Origin: the human T2T-CHM13v2.0 reference genome, Homo sapiens
DNA length: 64,000 bases
Assembly (NCBI RefSeq): GCF_009914755.1
Contig: NC_060936.1
Strand: one strand, 5' to 3'
A program made the translations under genes and the position numbers. Positions 33,845 through 53,270 of this stretch are shown here, one piece after another. The notes under the pieces were generated by a model. The model saw only the letters and a list, made by a program, of their open reading frames with translations. It did no database searches and was not told the origin of the DNA. Position 1 is the stretch's first letter, and the number at the start of each line of letters is the position of its first letter.

Positions 33845-34817
33845 TTTGACCTTTGTGTACAAATCGATGGGGTACAATTGTAATTTCGTTACATGGATAT
33901 GTTGCATAGAGAAAAGTAAGGGCTTTTGGCGAATCCATCACCAGAGTAATATCCACTGTACCCCTTAATTAATCCACCCTCCTCCTGCCCCCCACCCTTA
34001 TGAGTTTCCATTGTCATTATTCTGCATTCTACATCCATGTGTATGTATTATTTAGCTTCCCCTTATAAGTGAGAGCGTGCGATGTTTGTCTTTCTGTGTC
34101 TGATTTGTTTCACCTAAGATAATGACTTCTACTTCCATCCATCTTGCTGCAAAGACATGATTTCATTCTTTTTCATGGCTGTGTAATATATATATATATC
34201 ACATTTCTTTATTCCATCATTCGTTGATGGACATTTAGGTTGATTCCATATCTTTGCTATTGTGAATAGTGCTTCAATAAACATACAAGTACAGGTATCT
34301 TTTCACATAATGATTTCCTTTCCTTGGGGTAGATACTTAGTAATGGGATTGCTGGGTTGAATGGTAGTTCTATTTTTAGTTCTTTCAGAAATCTCCAAAC
34401 TGTTTTCTATCACGCTTGTACTAATTTATATTCCCAGTCACAGTGTATGCATCCCCTTTTCTCCACAGCCTCACCAACACCTGTTATTTTTTGTCTTTTT
34501 AATAATAGACATTCAAACTGGTGTGAGGTGACATCTCATTGTGATTTTAATTTTTCTATTTATCTGATTAGTGACAATGAGCATTTTTCATGATTTTTGG
34601 CCATTAGTATGCAATCTTTTGAAAAATGTCTGTTCATGTTCTTTGCCCACTTTTTAACAGGATTATTTGCTCTGGTTGTTGTTGCTGCATTGTTTGAGTT
34701 TCTTGTAAATTCTGGACATTAGTCCCATCAGATGCATAGTTAGCAAACATTCTCTCCCAGCCTGCAAGTTGCCTTTTTACTCTATTAATTCTTTTTTACT
34801 GTGCAGAAGCTTTTTAG
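33845..34817 (-). mobile_element. Older L1 (L1MA-like) 3' region
   Basis: L1 3'UTR and ORF2 end in reverse, ending gtgcagaagcttttta. Confidence 0.8.
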
Positions 34818-35125
34818 GACATGAATGAGAAATTTAGCAATTAGACATCTTTTTTAAAAATATGGAACTGAAAGATTCATTGAAGAAATTACAAACTACA
34901 TTTGAAAGCTTTAATAACAGATTGGACCAAGGAGGAGAAAGCCTTTCAGAATTTGAAGACAGATCTTTAAAAATAATACAGTCAGACAAAAAGAAAAAAG
35001 AATGAACAAGGCCTTCAAAATGTGTGGAACTATTTAAAGCAAATGAATTTATGAATTGTCAATATTCTTAAGGGGAAAGAAAATCAAATAGTTTAGAAAA
35101 CCTATTTAAGGAAATAATATATTTT
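34818..35125 (+). mobile_element. Old L1 ORF1 fragment
   Basis: tcagaatttgaagacag...cagtcagacaaaaag...gaaaacctatttaaggaaataat. Confidence 0.65.
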
Positions 35126-35163
35126 GTCTGTTCAAAAAGTGAGACTCAAAGAAGAAAAATCTA

Positions 35164-35208
35164 TTAGGTTGGTGCTAAAGTAAATGCAGTTTTTGCCAGT
35201 AAAAGTAA
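35164..35208. mobile_element. Half MADE1
   Basis: TA followed by ttaggttggtgctaaagtaaatgcagtttttgccagtaaaagtaa = one TIR and the spacer. Confidence 0.8.
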
Positions 35209-35307
35209 CTCATAACCAGAACTAAAATTTTAGAAAACATGCATTGTAGGGTTGCAAAGGAGGACCAAAGTAAGATAAAAGAAAGATAATATAGAATAAA
35301 AATTAGG

Positions 35308-36969
35308 GAGAGCAGAGCAAAATGGCAGATTAGACATCTCCATCCCTCCACAGAAACACCAATTTGAACAACTATTCATGCATAAAAAAGCCTTCACAAG
35401 AGCTAAGGAAATCAGGTAAGAGATTGCAGTACCTATTTAGAGCATAATAACAGGAAAAAAGGCTTGAAGAGGATAGGAGGGACAATTTTGCATTATCTGC
35501 CCATTCCTCCCCCAACCCCAGGCAGCACACCACAGAAAGAAATACAGTCTGCTTGGGATAAAAAGAGGGAAATAAGCATAGGACCTTGCCTTGGACCATA
35601 ACACCAGTTGCCACAGTAAAACTCAGTACCAAGCAAATCTCTACAGTTTCTGAATCCAGGCCAATACCCACAGATTAAGCCCCTAGACCTGCCTTGGTGT
35701 CAGATGGAAATCCGGAAATCCAAGGCACCTGAGCCATAGACTACACCTCCAGTGCTCACAAATGCTAGCTGACTACAATAGCCTCAGGCTCTGGGCAGCT
35801 CTTCATGGCTGGCAGGCAGGCCTCCACAGCCACTAGCTTCAGGAACTCAGCAGTGCTACACCAGCCTCAGTGGCCACAGCATTCCAGCCCAGCACCATAG
35901 TAACCACAGAGGTCCTGGGCCTAGAGTTCCCCCTAGCACTGAAAAGGCTGCAAAAGTCTCTGACATAGTGACCATGCTAGATGGCCTGACCAGAATCTCT
36001 GCACTGGCTTAATGTTAAAGAGAGTTTCCAGACAAAGCCAGTTTGCAATCACTGAAATAGATACCTACTTCTTCAAATTACAGATATCAACACATGACCA
36101 CAAGGTTCAAGAACAATTAGGAAAACATGAAATCCCCAAAAGGCCAAAATAAAATGCCAGTGACAAACCCTAAAAAATGGAGATATACAAAAGACCTGAC
36201 AAGGAATTCAAAATAACTATTTTAAGGAAACTCAGTAAACTTGAATAAAATGTTGAATAAAATACAGAGAAATACTTTCCTCAAAGAAACAAGGAAAACA
36301 GTAAATGACCAGAACAAGAAATTTAATAGAGAGATTAAAACAATTAAAAAATTAAACAGAAATCTGGAGCTAAAAATATGAGATAAAAATAGATTGTATA
36401 AACAGTGGACTTGATCAAGCAGGAAAAAATTCTGTAAACTTGAAGACAGTTTATATGTAAGTATAAAGTAAGCAGAGAAAAAAGAAAAAGGAATAAGAAA
36501 ATATTACAGGATTTATGGGAATGCATCAAAACAGCAAGTGCTTTCAGTTTCTAGAGTTAAAGGAGCAAAAGAAAGACAAAGAAGTAGAAAAATTGCATAA
36601 AGAAATAATAGCAAAAACATTTCCAAACCTGGAGAAAGATATAAATAACCAAGTACAGGGCTGTCAAAGGACAATGAAAACACCACCTACCAAAACTTAT
36701 GGGTTACAGCAAAAGCAGTTCTAAAACTAAACATTAGAGGAATAAATGCCTACATCAAAAAAAAGATAAACAACCTAACATTATACTTCAAGGAACTAGA
36801 CAAACAAGAACAAACTAAACCCAAAATTAGTAGATGAAGAAAATAATAAAGATTAGAGGAAAAATAAACAAAATCAAGATGAGAAAAATGAGAAAAATAT
36901 CAGAGAATGAAGTTAGTTTTTTGAAAAGATTAACAAAATCAACAAATCATTAACTAGAATAAGAAAAAA
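35308..36969 (+). mobile_element. Old L1 (L1M/L1MA-type) 5'UTR, ORF1 and part of ORF2
   Basis: gagcaaaatggcagattagac 5' end; degraded ORF1; jump to ORF2 at ~36670. Confidence 0.7.
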
Positions 36970-43653
<6,684 letters not shown>

Positions 43654-43888
43654 TGGAGTGCAGTGGCCCAGCCTTGACTAGCTGTAACCTCTGCCTCCTG
43701 GGTTGAAGTGATTCTCATGTCTCAGCCTCCTGAGTAGCTGGGATTGTACAACTGGCTAACTTATTTTTTTTTTTGTATTTTCAGTAGAGATGGAGTTTTG
43801 CTGTGTTGGCCAGGCTGGTCTTGAACTCCTCACCTCAAATGATCCACACATCTTGGCCTCCCAAAATGCTGGGATTACAGATGCCCAG
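43654..43888 (-). mobile_element. Tail-less Alu fragment
   Basis: ggagtgcagtggc...gctgggattacag. Confidence 0.85.
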
Positions 43889-45464
43889 CTGAGTTGTGGT
43901 CTGGCTGCTTCTAACAATCTATGCTCATATATGTGAGCAAATAAATGATATGAAATTGGAACTTACATCTAAAGAGGAAGGAGAGAGTAAAGATTTGAAA
44001 AAATTACAGCCCAGTTATGTGATAGAAAAAGAAAGCCCATTTTCAAGGAAGGAATTCAAGTGGGGCTACAAAAATTTGCAAACCTAAAAGGAATGCAAGT
44101 GCTGATAGTCAAGACAACAGGAAAAAGGCCTCATAGGTGTTTCAGAGACCTTTGAGGCAGGAACTGCCCTGCATATCCTTGGGACACTGCTACCTGCATC
44201 CCAGCCACTGTAGCTCCAGCCATGGCTCAAAGGGGCCCAGGTACTCGGGCTGTTGCTTCAGAGGGTGCAAGACATAAACCTTGGTGGCTTCCATATGGTG
44301 TTAAGCTCACAGGTCACAGAACACAAAAGTTGTTTCTTGGAAACCTCCACCTAGATTTCAGAGGATATATGGAAAAACCTGGATGTCCCAGCAGAAGCCT
44401 GCTGCAAGGGTACAGCCCTCGTGGAGAACCTCTACTAAGGCAGTGGAGGGAAAATGTGGGGTTGTAGCCCCCACACAGAGTTCCCAGTGGGGCACTGGAT
44501 CTGTGAGAAGGCAGCCACCAACCTCCAGATCCCAGAATGGTAGAGCCACCAACAACTTGCACCATGCACCTGAAAAACCCATAAGCACACAACCCCAGCC
44601 CATGAGATCAGACATAGGGGTTGACCCCTACAAAGCCACAGGGGTGGAACTGCCCAAGGCCTTGGCAGTCCACCCCTTGCATCAGTGTTTCCTGGATGTG
44701 TGACATGGAGTCAAAGGAAATTATTTTGGAGCCTTATAATTTAATGACTGCCTTTCTGGGTTTCAGACTTTCATTGGAGCCTGTAGCCCCTTTCTTTTGG
44801 CTGATTTCTCCCTTTTGGAATGGAAGTATTTACCCAATGCCCGTATATCAGTTCTATCTTGGAAGTGACTAACTCATTTTTTATTTTACAGGCTTATAAG
44901 GGGAAGGGACTAGCCTTGTCCCAGATGAGACTTTGGCCTGTGGACTTTAGAGTTAATGCTGAAATGAGTTAATACTTTGGGGGACTCTTGGGAAAGCATG
45001 ATTATATTTTAAAATGTGAGAAGACATGAGATTTGAGCAGGGCCAGAGGAAGAATAATATGGTTTGGATATGTGCCCCCACTCGAATCTCGTGTTGAAAT
45101 GTAATCCCCAATGCTGGAGCAGGGCCCTTGTGGGAGATGATTGGATTATGGGGGTGGTTTCTCATGGTTTTACAACACTCCCCCTCAGTGCTGTCATCAC
45201 AATAATGAGTTCTTGCAAATGTGATTATTTTAAAGTGTATATCACCTCCCACCCCTCTCCCTCTTGCTCCTCCTCTGGCTATGTAAGACATGCCTGCTTC
45301 TTCTTCACCTTCCAACATGATTGTAAGTTCCCTGAGGTCTCTCCAGAAGCAGAAGCCAGTGTGCTTCTGGTAGAGCCTGCAGACCTGTAAACAAATTAAT
45401 CCCCTTTCCTTATAAATTACCCAGTCTCAGGTATTTCTTTGTAGCATAAGAACACACTAATGCA
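43889..45464 (+). mobile_element. MST (MSTA/B-like) internal region plus 3' LTR (45055-45464)
   Basis: MaLR internal sequence, purine tract, then LTR taatatggtttgg...ataaattacccagtctcaggtatttc...ctaatgca. Confidence 0.88.
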
Positions 45465-48270
45465 GGAATATAAATTATTCTCCCATAAAGACACATGAAT
45501 GTGTATGTTTGTATTAGCCCATTGTCATACTGCTGATAAAGACATACCTGAGACTGGGCAATTTACAAAAGAAAGAGGTTTAACGGACTCACAGTTCCAC
45601 GTGGCTGGGGAGACCTCACAATCATGGCAGGAGGTGAAAAGCATGTCTCAAATGGCCACAGACAACAGAAGAGAATGAGAGCCAAGTGAAAGGGGTTTCC
45701 CCTTATAAAATCATTAGATCCTATGAGACTCATTCACTACAAGAACAGTATGGGAGAAACCACTCCCATGATTCAATTATCTCCCACTGGGTTTCTCCCA
45801 CGAAATGAGAGAATTATGGGAGCAACAATTCAAGGTGAGATTTTGGTGGGGACACACCCAAACCACATCATTCTGCCCCTGGCCCCTCCCAAATCTCATA
45901 TCCTTACATTTCAAAACCAATCATGCCTTCCCAACAGTCCCCTAAAGTCTTAACTCACTTCAGCATTACCTCAAAAGTCCAACAGTCCTAAGTCTCATCC
46001 AAGATAAGGCAAGTCCCTTCTGCCTATGAGCCAGTAAAATCAAAAGTTAGTTGTTTCCTAGATACAATGAGGATACAGGCATTGGGGAAATATGCTCATT
46101 CCAAATGGGAAAAATTGGCCAAAACAATGGAGCTACAGGCCCCATGTAAGTTTGAAATCCAGAGGGGCTGTCAAATCTTAAAGCTCCAAAATGATCTCCT
46201 TTGACTCCATGTCTCACATCAAGGTCATGCTGATGCAAAAGGTGGGCTCCCATGGTCTTGAGAAGCTCTGCTCCTGTGGCTTTGCAGTATACAGCCTCCC
46301 TCCCAGCTGCTTTAGCAGTCAGGCATTGAGTGTCTGTGGCTTTTCCAGGTGAGCAGTGCAAGCTGTTGGTGGATCTGCCATTCTGGGGTCTGGAGGATGG
46401 TGGCCCTATTCTCATAGCTCCACTAGGCAGTGCCCCAGTAGGGACTCTGAGTGGGGGCTCCAGCCCACATTTCCCTTCTGCCTTGCCCTACCAGAGGTTC
46501 TCCATGAGGGCCCCACCCCTACAGCAAACTTCTGCCTGGGCATTCAGGCATTTCCATACATCCTCTGAAATCTAAGTAGAGGTTCCCAAACCCCAGTTCT
46601 TGACTTCTGTGCTCCCACAGGCTCAACATCAAGTGGAAGCTGCCAAGGCTTGGGGCTAGCACCTTCTTAAGCCACAGCCTGGGCTTTACATTGGCCCCAT
46701 TCAGCCATGGCTGGAGAAGCCAGGATGCAGGGCACCAAGTCCCTAGGCTGCACACAGCACAGGAACCCTGGGCCTGGCCCACAAAACCATTTTTTCCTCC
46801 TAGGCCTCCTGGCCTGTGATGGGAGGGACTGCCATGAAGACTTCTGACATGCCCTGGAGATATTTTCCCCATAGTTTTGGGGATTAACATTTGGCTCCTT
46901 GTTACTTCTGCAAATTTCTGCAGCCAGCTTGAATTTTTCCTCCTAAAATGGGATTTTCCTATCTATCACATCATCAGGCTGCAAATTTTCCAAACTCTTA
47001 TGCTCTACTCTCTTACAAAACTGAATGCCTTTAACAGCACCCAAGTCACCTCTTGAATGCTTTGCTGCTTAGAAATTTCTTCTGCCAGATACCCTAAATC
47101 ATCTGTCTCAAGTTCAACATTCCACAAATCTCTAGGACAGGGGGATAATGCTGCCAGTCTTTTTGCTAAAACATAACAAGAGTTACCTTTGCTCCATTTC
47201 CCAACCAGTTCTTCATCTCCATCTGAGAGCACCTCAGCCTGGACTTTATTGCCCATATTGCTATCAGTATTTTGGGCTAAGCCATTCAACAAGACTCTAG
47301 GAAGTTCCAAACTTACCCACATTTTCCTGTCTTCTCAGCCCTCCAAACTGTTCCAACCTCTGCCTGTTACTCAGTTCCAAAGTCGCTTCCACATTTTTGG
47401 GTATCTTTTCAGCAGCACCCCACTTCTGGTACCAATTTACTGTATTAGTCCATTTTCACACTGCTGATAAAGACATACCCAAGACTAGGCAATTTACAAA
47501 AGAAAGAGGTTTAGTGGACTCACAGTTCCACATGGCTGGGGAGGCATGACAATCATGGCAGAAGGGAAAAGGCACATCTCACATGGTGGCAGACAAGAGA
47601 AGAGAATGATAGCCAAGTAAAAGGAGTTTCCCCTTATAAAACCATCAGATCTTGTGAGACTTATTTACTAGCATGAGAAAAGTATGGGGGAAACCACCCC
47701 CTGATTCAATTATCTCCTATTGGGTCCCTCCCACAACATGAGGGAATTATGGGAGCTATAATTCAAGATGAGATTTGGTGGAGACACAGCAAAACCATAC
47801 CTATGTTCATTGCAGTACTGGTCACAATAGCAAAGACATATAATCAACCTAAAAGTCCATCAATAGTAGACTGGATAAAGAAAATGTGGTACCAATTCAC
47901 CATGGAATACTATGCAGCCATTAAAAAAGAGCAAGATCATGTCCTCTGCAAGAACATGAATGGAGCTGGAAGCCATTATACACAAATTAATGCAGGAACA
48001 GAAAACCAAATACCACATGTTCACACTTATAAGTGGGAGCTAAATGAAAACAAATGGACACAAAGAGGGGACCAATAGGCACTGGGGCCTATTTGAGGGA
48101 GGAAGGCAAGAGGAATAAGAAGAAGATCAGAAAAAAATAACCACTGGGTACTATGCTTAGTACCTGGGTGATGAAATAATCTGTACACCAAACCTTCATG
48201 ACACAAGTCTACCTATATAACAAACCTGCACATGTACCCCTGAACCTAATATAAAAGTTAAGAAAAGAAA
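45465..48270 (+). mobile_element. L1PA15/16-like 3' end (host of THE1)
   Basis: ataaagacacatg...tatgtt|[THE1]|cattgcag...gtacccctgaacctaa and A-tail. Confidence 0.8.
45510..47802 (-). mobile_element. Complete THE1 (THE1B-like): LTR 45510-45870, internal, LTR 47441-47802
   Basis: Two ~360-bp homologous LTRs, ~1.57-kb internal region, 5-bp TSD ATGTT (45505-45509 / 47803-47807). Confidence 0.95.
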
Positions 48271-48390
48271 GTGTGGCTTTTTAGGACCTCCAAATTTTTC
48301 CACCTAACCTGTTTGTCCATAGCCAAGTCCAGCTATGACCACCCACCTGAGAAAGAAAAATATAATTACTCCATACTCTTCTTCTCTGTG

Positions 48391-48620
48391 GCTAATGTTC
48401 TCTGGATACCTCCCCCACCACCACCAATGTGTCTCCAAACTAGTCTCCCTGGACCCTCTTCTCTCAGCTGTCTATTTAAAGTTTGTTCCCAAAGTTATTC
48501 ACAAAGGACATTCATTAGCCTGTTCCAGATGAGGATCCCCCAGGCAACTTGTGTTTCTTCACTCGACTGATCCCCAGTGCATTCTCTCAATAGAGCAGGT
48601 ATAACCTGTGTCACTCTGGG
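48391..48620 (+). promoter_or_regulatory. Putative OR2AP1 promoter (homeodomain and O/E-like sites)
   Basis: TTCATTAGCC 48511-48520 and TCCCCCAGG 48536-48544; homologous to the OR6C4 upstream region. Confidence 0.55.
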
Positions 48621-49196
48621 TAAAGTTTAATCTGGGGTAGGACAGGGAGTTCATATTATGCCTTCTGAGATCATCAGTTTATTTCTCCTACAACAGAAAA
48701 ATTCAAGACTACTCTGCTTCTCAAAGTCCTTGTTTTAGTGTCCTAGTTATTGGCTATGCTTTAAAAAGAGGATGTCCAAAAACTCTGATTCAGCTCCTGT
48801 TTAATTAGTTGAATAACAGATCAGCAAATCCCCACTGAAATGATAAGAAACAGAAGCAGCGGACTACTTCTTACCAGGAAAAGTTTGGAAATTTGTGTAT
48901 TTCTATGAAATGTAGTATAGAACTTGGTGGCAGAAAAGGTAAAACAAAAAATGCAATAATTCTTATACTATTTTGTAATTATATTGCCTTCTAATTTTAA
49001 TTTGCCACCAAGAATATTTAGGATTAAAATCTCACAATAGTCATTTGGATAGTCAAGTCAGGAAGTATGTTACCTGTTTATAGCTTCATTTATTTTACTT
49101 CTCTGGAGTTGTAAAGCCTGAAACTGATGCAGATGTGAATATTCAACCACTCCCTGAAGACTCCAGGTTAGTAACCAGGAGGAGAGGGCATCTGCA

Positions 49197-49310
49197 GCTG
49201 ATGCTCTCTGGCTACCATCCCCAGCACCACCAACCCATCTCCAAGCTAACTTCTCTGGACCCTCTTCTCTCAGCTGTATATTTAAAGTTTGTTCCCTAAG
49301 TTATTTACAA
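49197..49310 (+). repeat. 114-bp direct duplicate of 48391-48504
   Basis: ctggaccctcttctctcagctgt.tatttaaagtttgttccc.aagttatt.acaa shared. Confidence 0.9.
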
Positions 49311-49324
49311 TAACTTTTCTTGAT

Positions 49325-49860
49325 CCCTGATTTCAACTGTTGACTGCAACCCAATAGGAGGTTATAAAATCAATTTAGTGGGCTTCAACCAGCATTTTAA
49401 AAAGTAAATAGAAAATATCAGATTTTATCACATGGGTCAGGTACAGTGCCTCACATCTGTAATCTCAGCACTTTGGGAGGCCAAAGTGAGAGGATCATTT
49501 GAGCCCAGGAGTTCAAAACCAGCCTGGGCAACATAGCAAGACCCCATCTTCACAAAAAATAAAAAATAATAATTAGCTAGGCATGGTAGTGCATGCCTGT
49601 GGTCCCAGCTAATCAGGAGGCTGGGGTTGAAGGATCACTAGAGGCCAGGAGGTCAAGGCTGAAGTGAGTCATGATCATGCTAATGCACTCCAGCCTGGGT
49701 GTCAGAGTAAGACTGTGGCTCAAAATACATATATATATATATATTATACCTTATGTGGTAAGGAACGCTCTATAAAACTTTTAAGTGAGATCTATATGTG
49801 TTTATTAAAATATATATAATTTAGAATGAATTTTAATCAAGAATGCTTTAAAGCTGCTGC
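49325..49860. mobile_element. hAT-Charlie-type DNA transposon remnant split by an Alu
   Basis: aaatcaatttagtggg...accagcattttaaaa...gaaaatatcaga motif; exact family uncertain. Confidence 0.5.
49434..49745 (+). mobile_element. AluJ with (TA)n tail
   Basis: ggtcaggtacagtgcctcac...gagcccaggagttc...ggtcaaggctg diagnostics. Confidence 0.92.
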
Positions 49861-50958
49861 CTTATAAACATTTATAAAAACATAACTAGAAAGAAATCTT
49901 GAATAAATCAATAAGGGCACTCCCAGATAATGTGACTCTTTAACTGCATGGGCTCACAAATAAAGTAGAAACTTGAAATGCCCATGAAGTACCCAAATAT
50001 GGAATCTCCCAGAAAATCCTGTATCATAGTTTTGTACATTTTCCCCATAAAATTCACATGCCCACATACACAAAATGTTTTACACATAATTTAATGGATT
50101 CACAGACATAGTAAATCTAATCTAGGGATTAGTAGATCCCTGGTTTAAAAGTTCTTGCTTTAAATATTCTTAAGATCCTAACATTTCCTTGGAATTTAAT
50201 AGAATCTCCCTATCCTTACAGGAAGCAAAATTCTAGATCTAAAGATTCTGAATGTGTTTGAGGAAATATTCTAATCTAATATTTACTGACCCCTAGAAAG
50301 TATGTAGAATGTTTCAAAGGACAGAATAGCATAACCCTAATACACAAATCTTTGAATCTAACAGACAGACATAGGCTAAGAAGTTGGAGGGTCCACTGGA
50401 AAGAAGTGGGAAGATGATACTTTTTTTGCTTCAAGGGAATTAAGGAAGCTGAACCTGAAGAAAAATGAGAAATTGCTATATTTATATGAAAAAAAGGTAG
50501 GGAAGAGTAAGAAAAATGACAATTCTGAGAAGAGTTAGGCACAAAAAGGAAGTAGGGCAATGAATGGGATCAATGAGAAATAAAGTTAATGTTGGGGGGA
50601 AGAAATTCATAACCATTCTGGAAGGAGGTAGCAGCTGGAGGCATTCTTTTATTAACTTATTTCACAATGTTTTGAATATCATTTATGAGGCAGACACTTG
50701 CCTCATGTGAGCACTAGGGAGAGTACAATGTGGAAACATAATGACAAGAACTTTCCTCCATAGGGCAAATGGGACTGGGAAGGATCCAACATCATTCAAA
50801 TGGGCCACTGGTCTGGACTATGTCATCAGAGGAGAAGTTAATCATCCATTTCATTTTTTTCTTGTCAGACTTCATCCGTTCATTTCAGAGCACCTCTTCC
50901 TTTCTCACTTTTGATTACTACTCTCTTTTTCACTTTGAGACTCAAAATTTTTTCAACA

Positions 50959-51888
50959 ATGAAAAATAAAACCGTGTTAACTGAGTTTATCCTTCTGGGT
51001 CTAACAGATGTCCCTGAACTCCAGGTGGCAGTTTTCACCTTTCTTTTCCTTGCGTATTTACTCAGCATCCTTGGAAATCTGACTATCCTCATCCTCACCT
51101 TGCTGGACTCCCACCTTCAGACTCCCATGTATTTCTTTCTCCGGAACTTCTCCTTCTTGGAAATTTCCTTCACAAACATCTTCATTCCAAGGGTCCTGAT
51201 TAGCATCACAACAGGGAACAAGAGTATCAGCTTTGCTGGCTGCTTCACTCAGTATTTCTTTGCCATGTTCCTTGGGGCTACAGAGTTTTACCTTCTGGCT
51301 GCCATGTCCTATGACCGCTATGTGGCCATCTGCAAACCTCTGCATTACACCACCATCATGAGCAGCAGAATCTGCATCCAGCTGATTTTCTGCTCTTGGC
51401 TGGGTGGGCTAATGGCTATTATACCAACAATCACCCTGATGAGTCAGCAGGACTTTTGTGCATCCAACAGACTGAATCATTACTTCTGTGACTATGAGCC
51501 TCTTCTGGAACTCTCATGTTCAGACACAAGCCTCATAGAGAAGGTTGTCTTTCTTGTGGCATCTGTGACCCTGGTGGTCACTCTGGTGCTAGTGATTCTC
51601 TCCTATGCATTCATTATCAAGACTATTCTGAAGCTCCCCTCTGCCCAACAAAGGACAAAAGCCTTTTCCACATGTTCTTCCCACATGATTGTCATCTCCC
51701 TCTCTTACAGAAGCTGCATGTTTATGTACATTAATCCCTCTGCAAAAGAAGGGGATACATTCAACAAGGGAGTAGCTCTACTCATTACTTCAGTTGCTCC
51801 TTTGTTGAACCCCTTTATTTACACCCTAAGGAACCAACAGGTAAAACAACCCTTCAAGGATATGGTCAAAAAGCTTCTGAATCTTTAA
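50959..51888 (+). CDS. OR2AP1: Olfactory receptor 2AP1 (309 aa); true start is ATG 50959, not 50911
   Basis: Intact ORF MKNKT..., [46 protein letters not shown]; gap-free alignment to OR6C4; sequence recognised as human OR2AP1. Confidence 0.92.
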   Translation: MKNKTVLTEFILLGLTDVPELQVAVFTFLFLAYLLSILGNLTILILTLLDSHLQTPMYFFLRNFSFLEISFTNIFIPRVLISITTGNKSISFAGCFTQYFFAMFLGATEFYLLAAMSYDRYVAICKPLHYTTIMSSRICIQLIFCSWLGGLMAIIPTITLMSQQDFCASNRLNHYFCDYEPLLELSCSDTSLIEKVVFLVASVTLVVTLVLVILSYAFIIKTILKLPSAQQRTKAFSTCSSHMIVISLSYRSCMFMYINPSAKEGDTFNKGVALLITSVAPLLNPFIYTLRNQQVKQPFKDMVKKLLNL

Positions 51889-51902
51889 AGAATTTAAGAA
51901 TT

Positions 51903-52353
51903 ATGCATCGCGACATTATTCACAATAGCAAAGACTTGGAACCAACCCAAATGTCCAACAATGATAGACTGGATTAAGAAAATATGGCACATATACACCA
52001 TGGAATACTATGCAGCCATTAAAAATGATGAGTTGATGTCCTTTGTAGGGACATGGATGAAATTGGAAATCATCATTCTCAGTAAACTATCACAAGAACA
52101 AAAAACCGAACACCACATATTCTCACTCATAGGTGGGAACTGAACAATGAGAACACATGGACACAGGAAGGGGAACATCACACTCTGGGGACTGTTGTGG
52201 GGTGGGGAGAGGGGGGAGGGATAACATTGGGAGATATACCTAATGCTAGATGACGAGTTAGTGGGTGCAGCGCACCAGCATGGCACATGTATACATATGT
52301 AACTAACCTGCACATTGTGCACATGTACCCTAAAACTTAAAGTATAATAATAA

Positions 52354-52398
<45 letters not shown>

Positions 52399-52446
52399 AA
52401 TAAAGAATTATCTGTGGGACTAGGTATGAAAAAAAGAGAGAGAAAA
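51903..52446 (+). mobile_element. 5'-truncated L1PA2-like insertion with putative 3' transduction
   Basis: 3'UTR with gctagatgacGAGttagtggg, (AAAT)n tail, extra unique segment and second A-tract; TSD aaagaatttaagaatt 51887-51902 / 52447-52462. Confidence 0.93.
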
Positions 52447-52469
52447 AAAGAATTTAAGAATTTAAGACT

Positions 52470-53270
52470 TCATTCATGAGTCCCTACTATGTACTAAGCT
52501 CTTTGATAGTTACTAAGTACTCAATAAAAAGTTAAACTTCAGTTCAGTGGGAGAGACTTGGAAATAAATTGCAATCTGTTAAGTGTTAATAGTGAAATGA
52601 ATATGGTTTTATTCTATTTAGTTACTCAATTGAATAACTCAACCTAAGTTAGAGAGAAAATAAATGTTTTCAGAGGGGGTAAAGAAAGAAATTTTGGTAG
52701 AATAAATATTGTGAATAGGAGCACAAAATTTCAATCCGAGGAGACTGAGTAAATATTACCACTATTAGTTTCAATCAAAACAAAACAAAAAGCTATGGAG
52801 ATGATAAATTTAGCTTTGAATTAAGTTAAATTCTCATTTTAAGTAAGTTAAATGCCCATCTGAATTTGGAACCAGATCTATGAATTTCACAATCCTTAAC
52901 ATGACATAGTAGCTGATGATGTGGGAATAGATGAGGTCATAAATAAAAGCATGTATAGAAAAGGCTTAAATATTAAATGCTAAGGTTCATCCTAAAATTT
53001 AAAAAGCAGAAGGGTTAATAAGAAAGGCAATAAACCTATCAAATTTATGGGAAGAGATGTCTCAAGAAACATAGTTTGTTGTCAATGTGAAATGCTGCAG
53101 AGAGCGATTAATAGGAAGAATGAAAGTGTGAGAACTGACAATTGGATTGTTGTTGATCTTAGCCATTTTCAGCAAATGTGAAAGTTGGGTAGGAAGTTGG
53201 TTTGGGTAGGAAGAAATCAGATTGTTGTGGATTACTAGTGAATGGGAGCTGACAAGTTAGAGAATGATCA
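52470..53270 (-). mobile_element. L2 remnant(s)
   Basis: gtgggaatagatgaggtca, gtgaaatgctgcagagag, aaatcagattg..gtggatt...agtgaatgggag motifs. Confidence 0.55.

Noticed and set aside
44222-47467. Cluster of 80-120 aa ORFs on both strands
   Set aside because: All fall inside MST/THE1 MaLR sequence
50911-50958. 16-aa N-terminal extension of OR2AP1 in the ORF track
   Set aside because: Starts at a non-ATG codon within the acceptor polypyrimidine region; the paralog starts at the ATG equivalent to 50959
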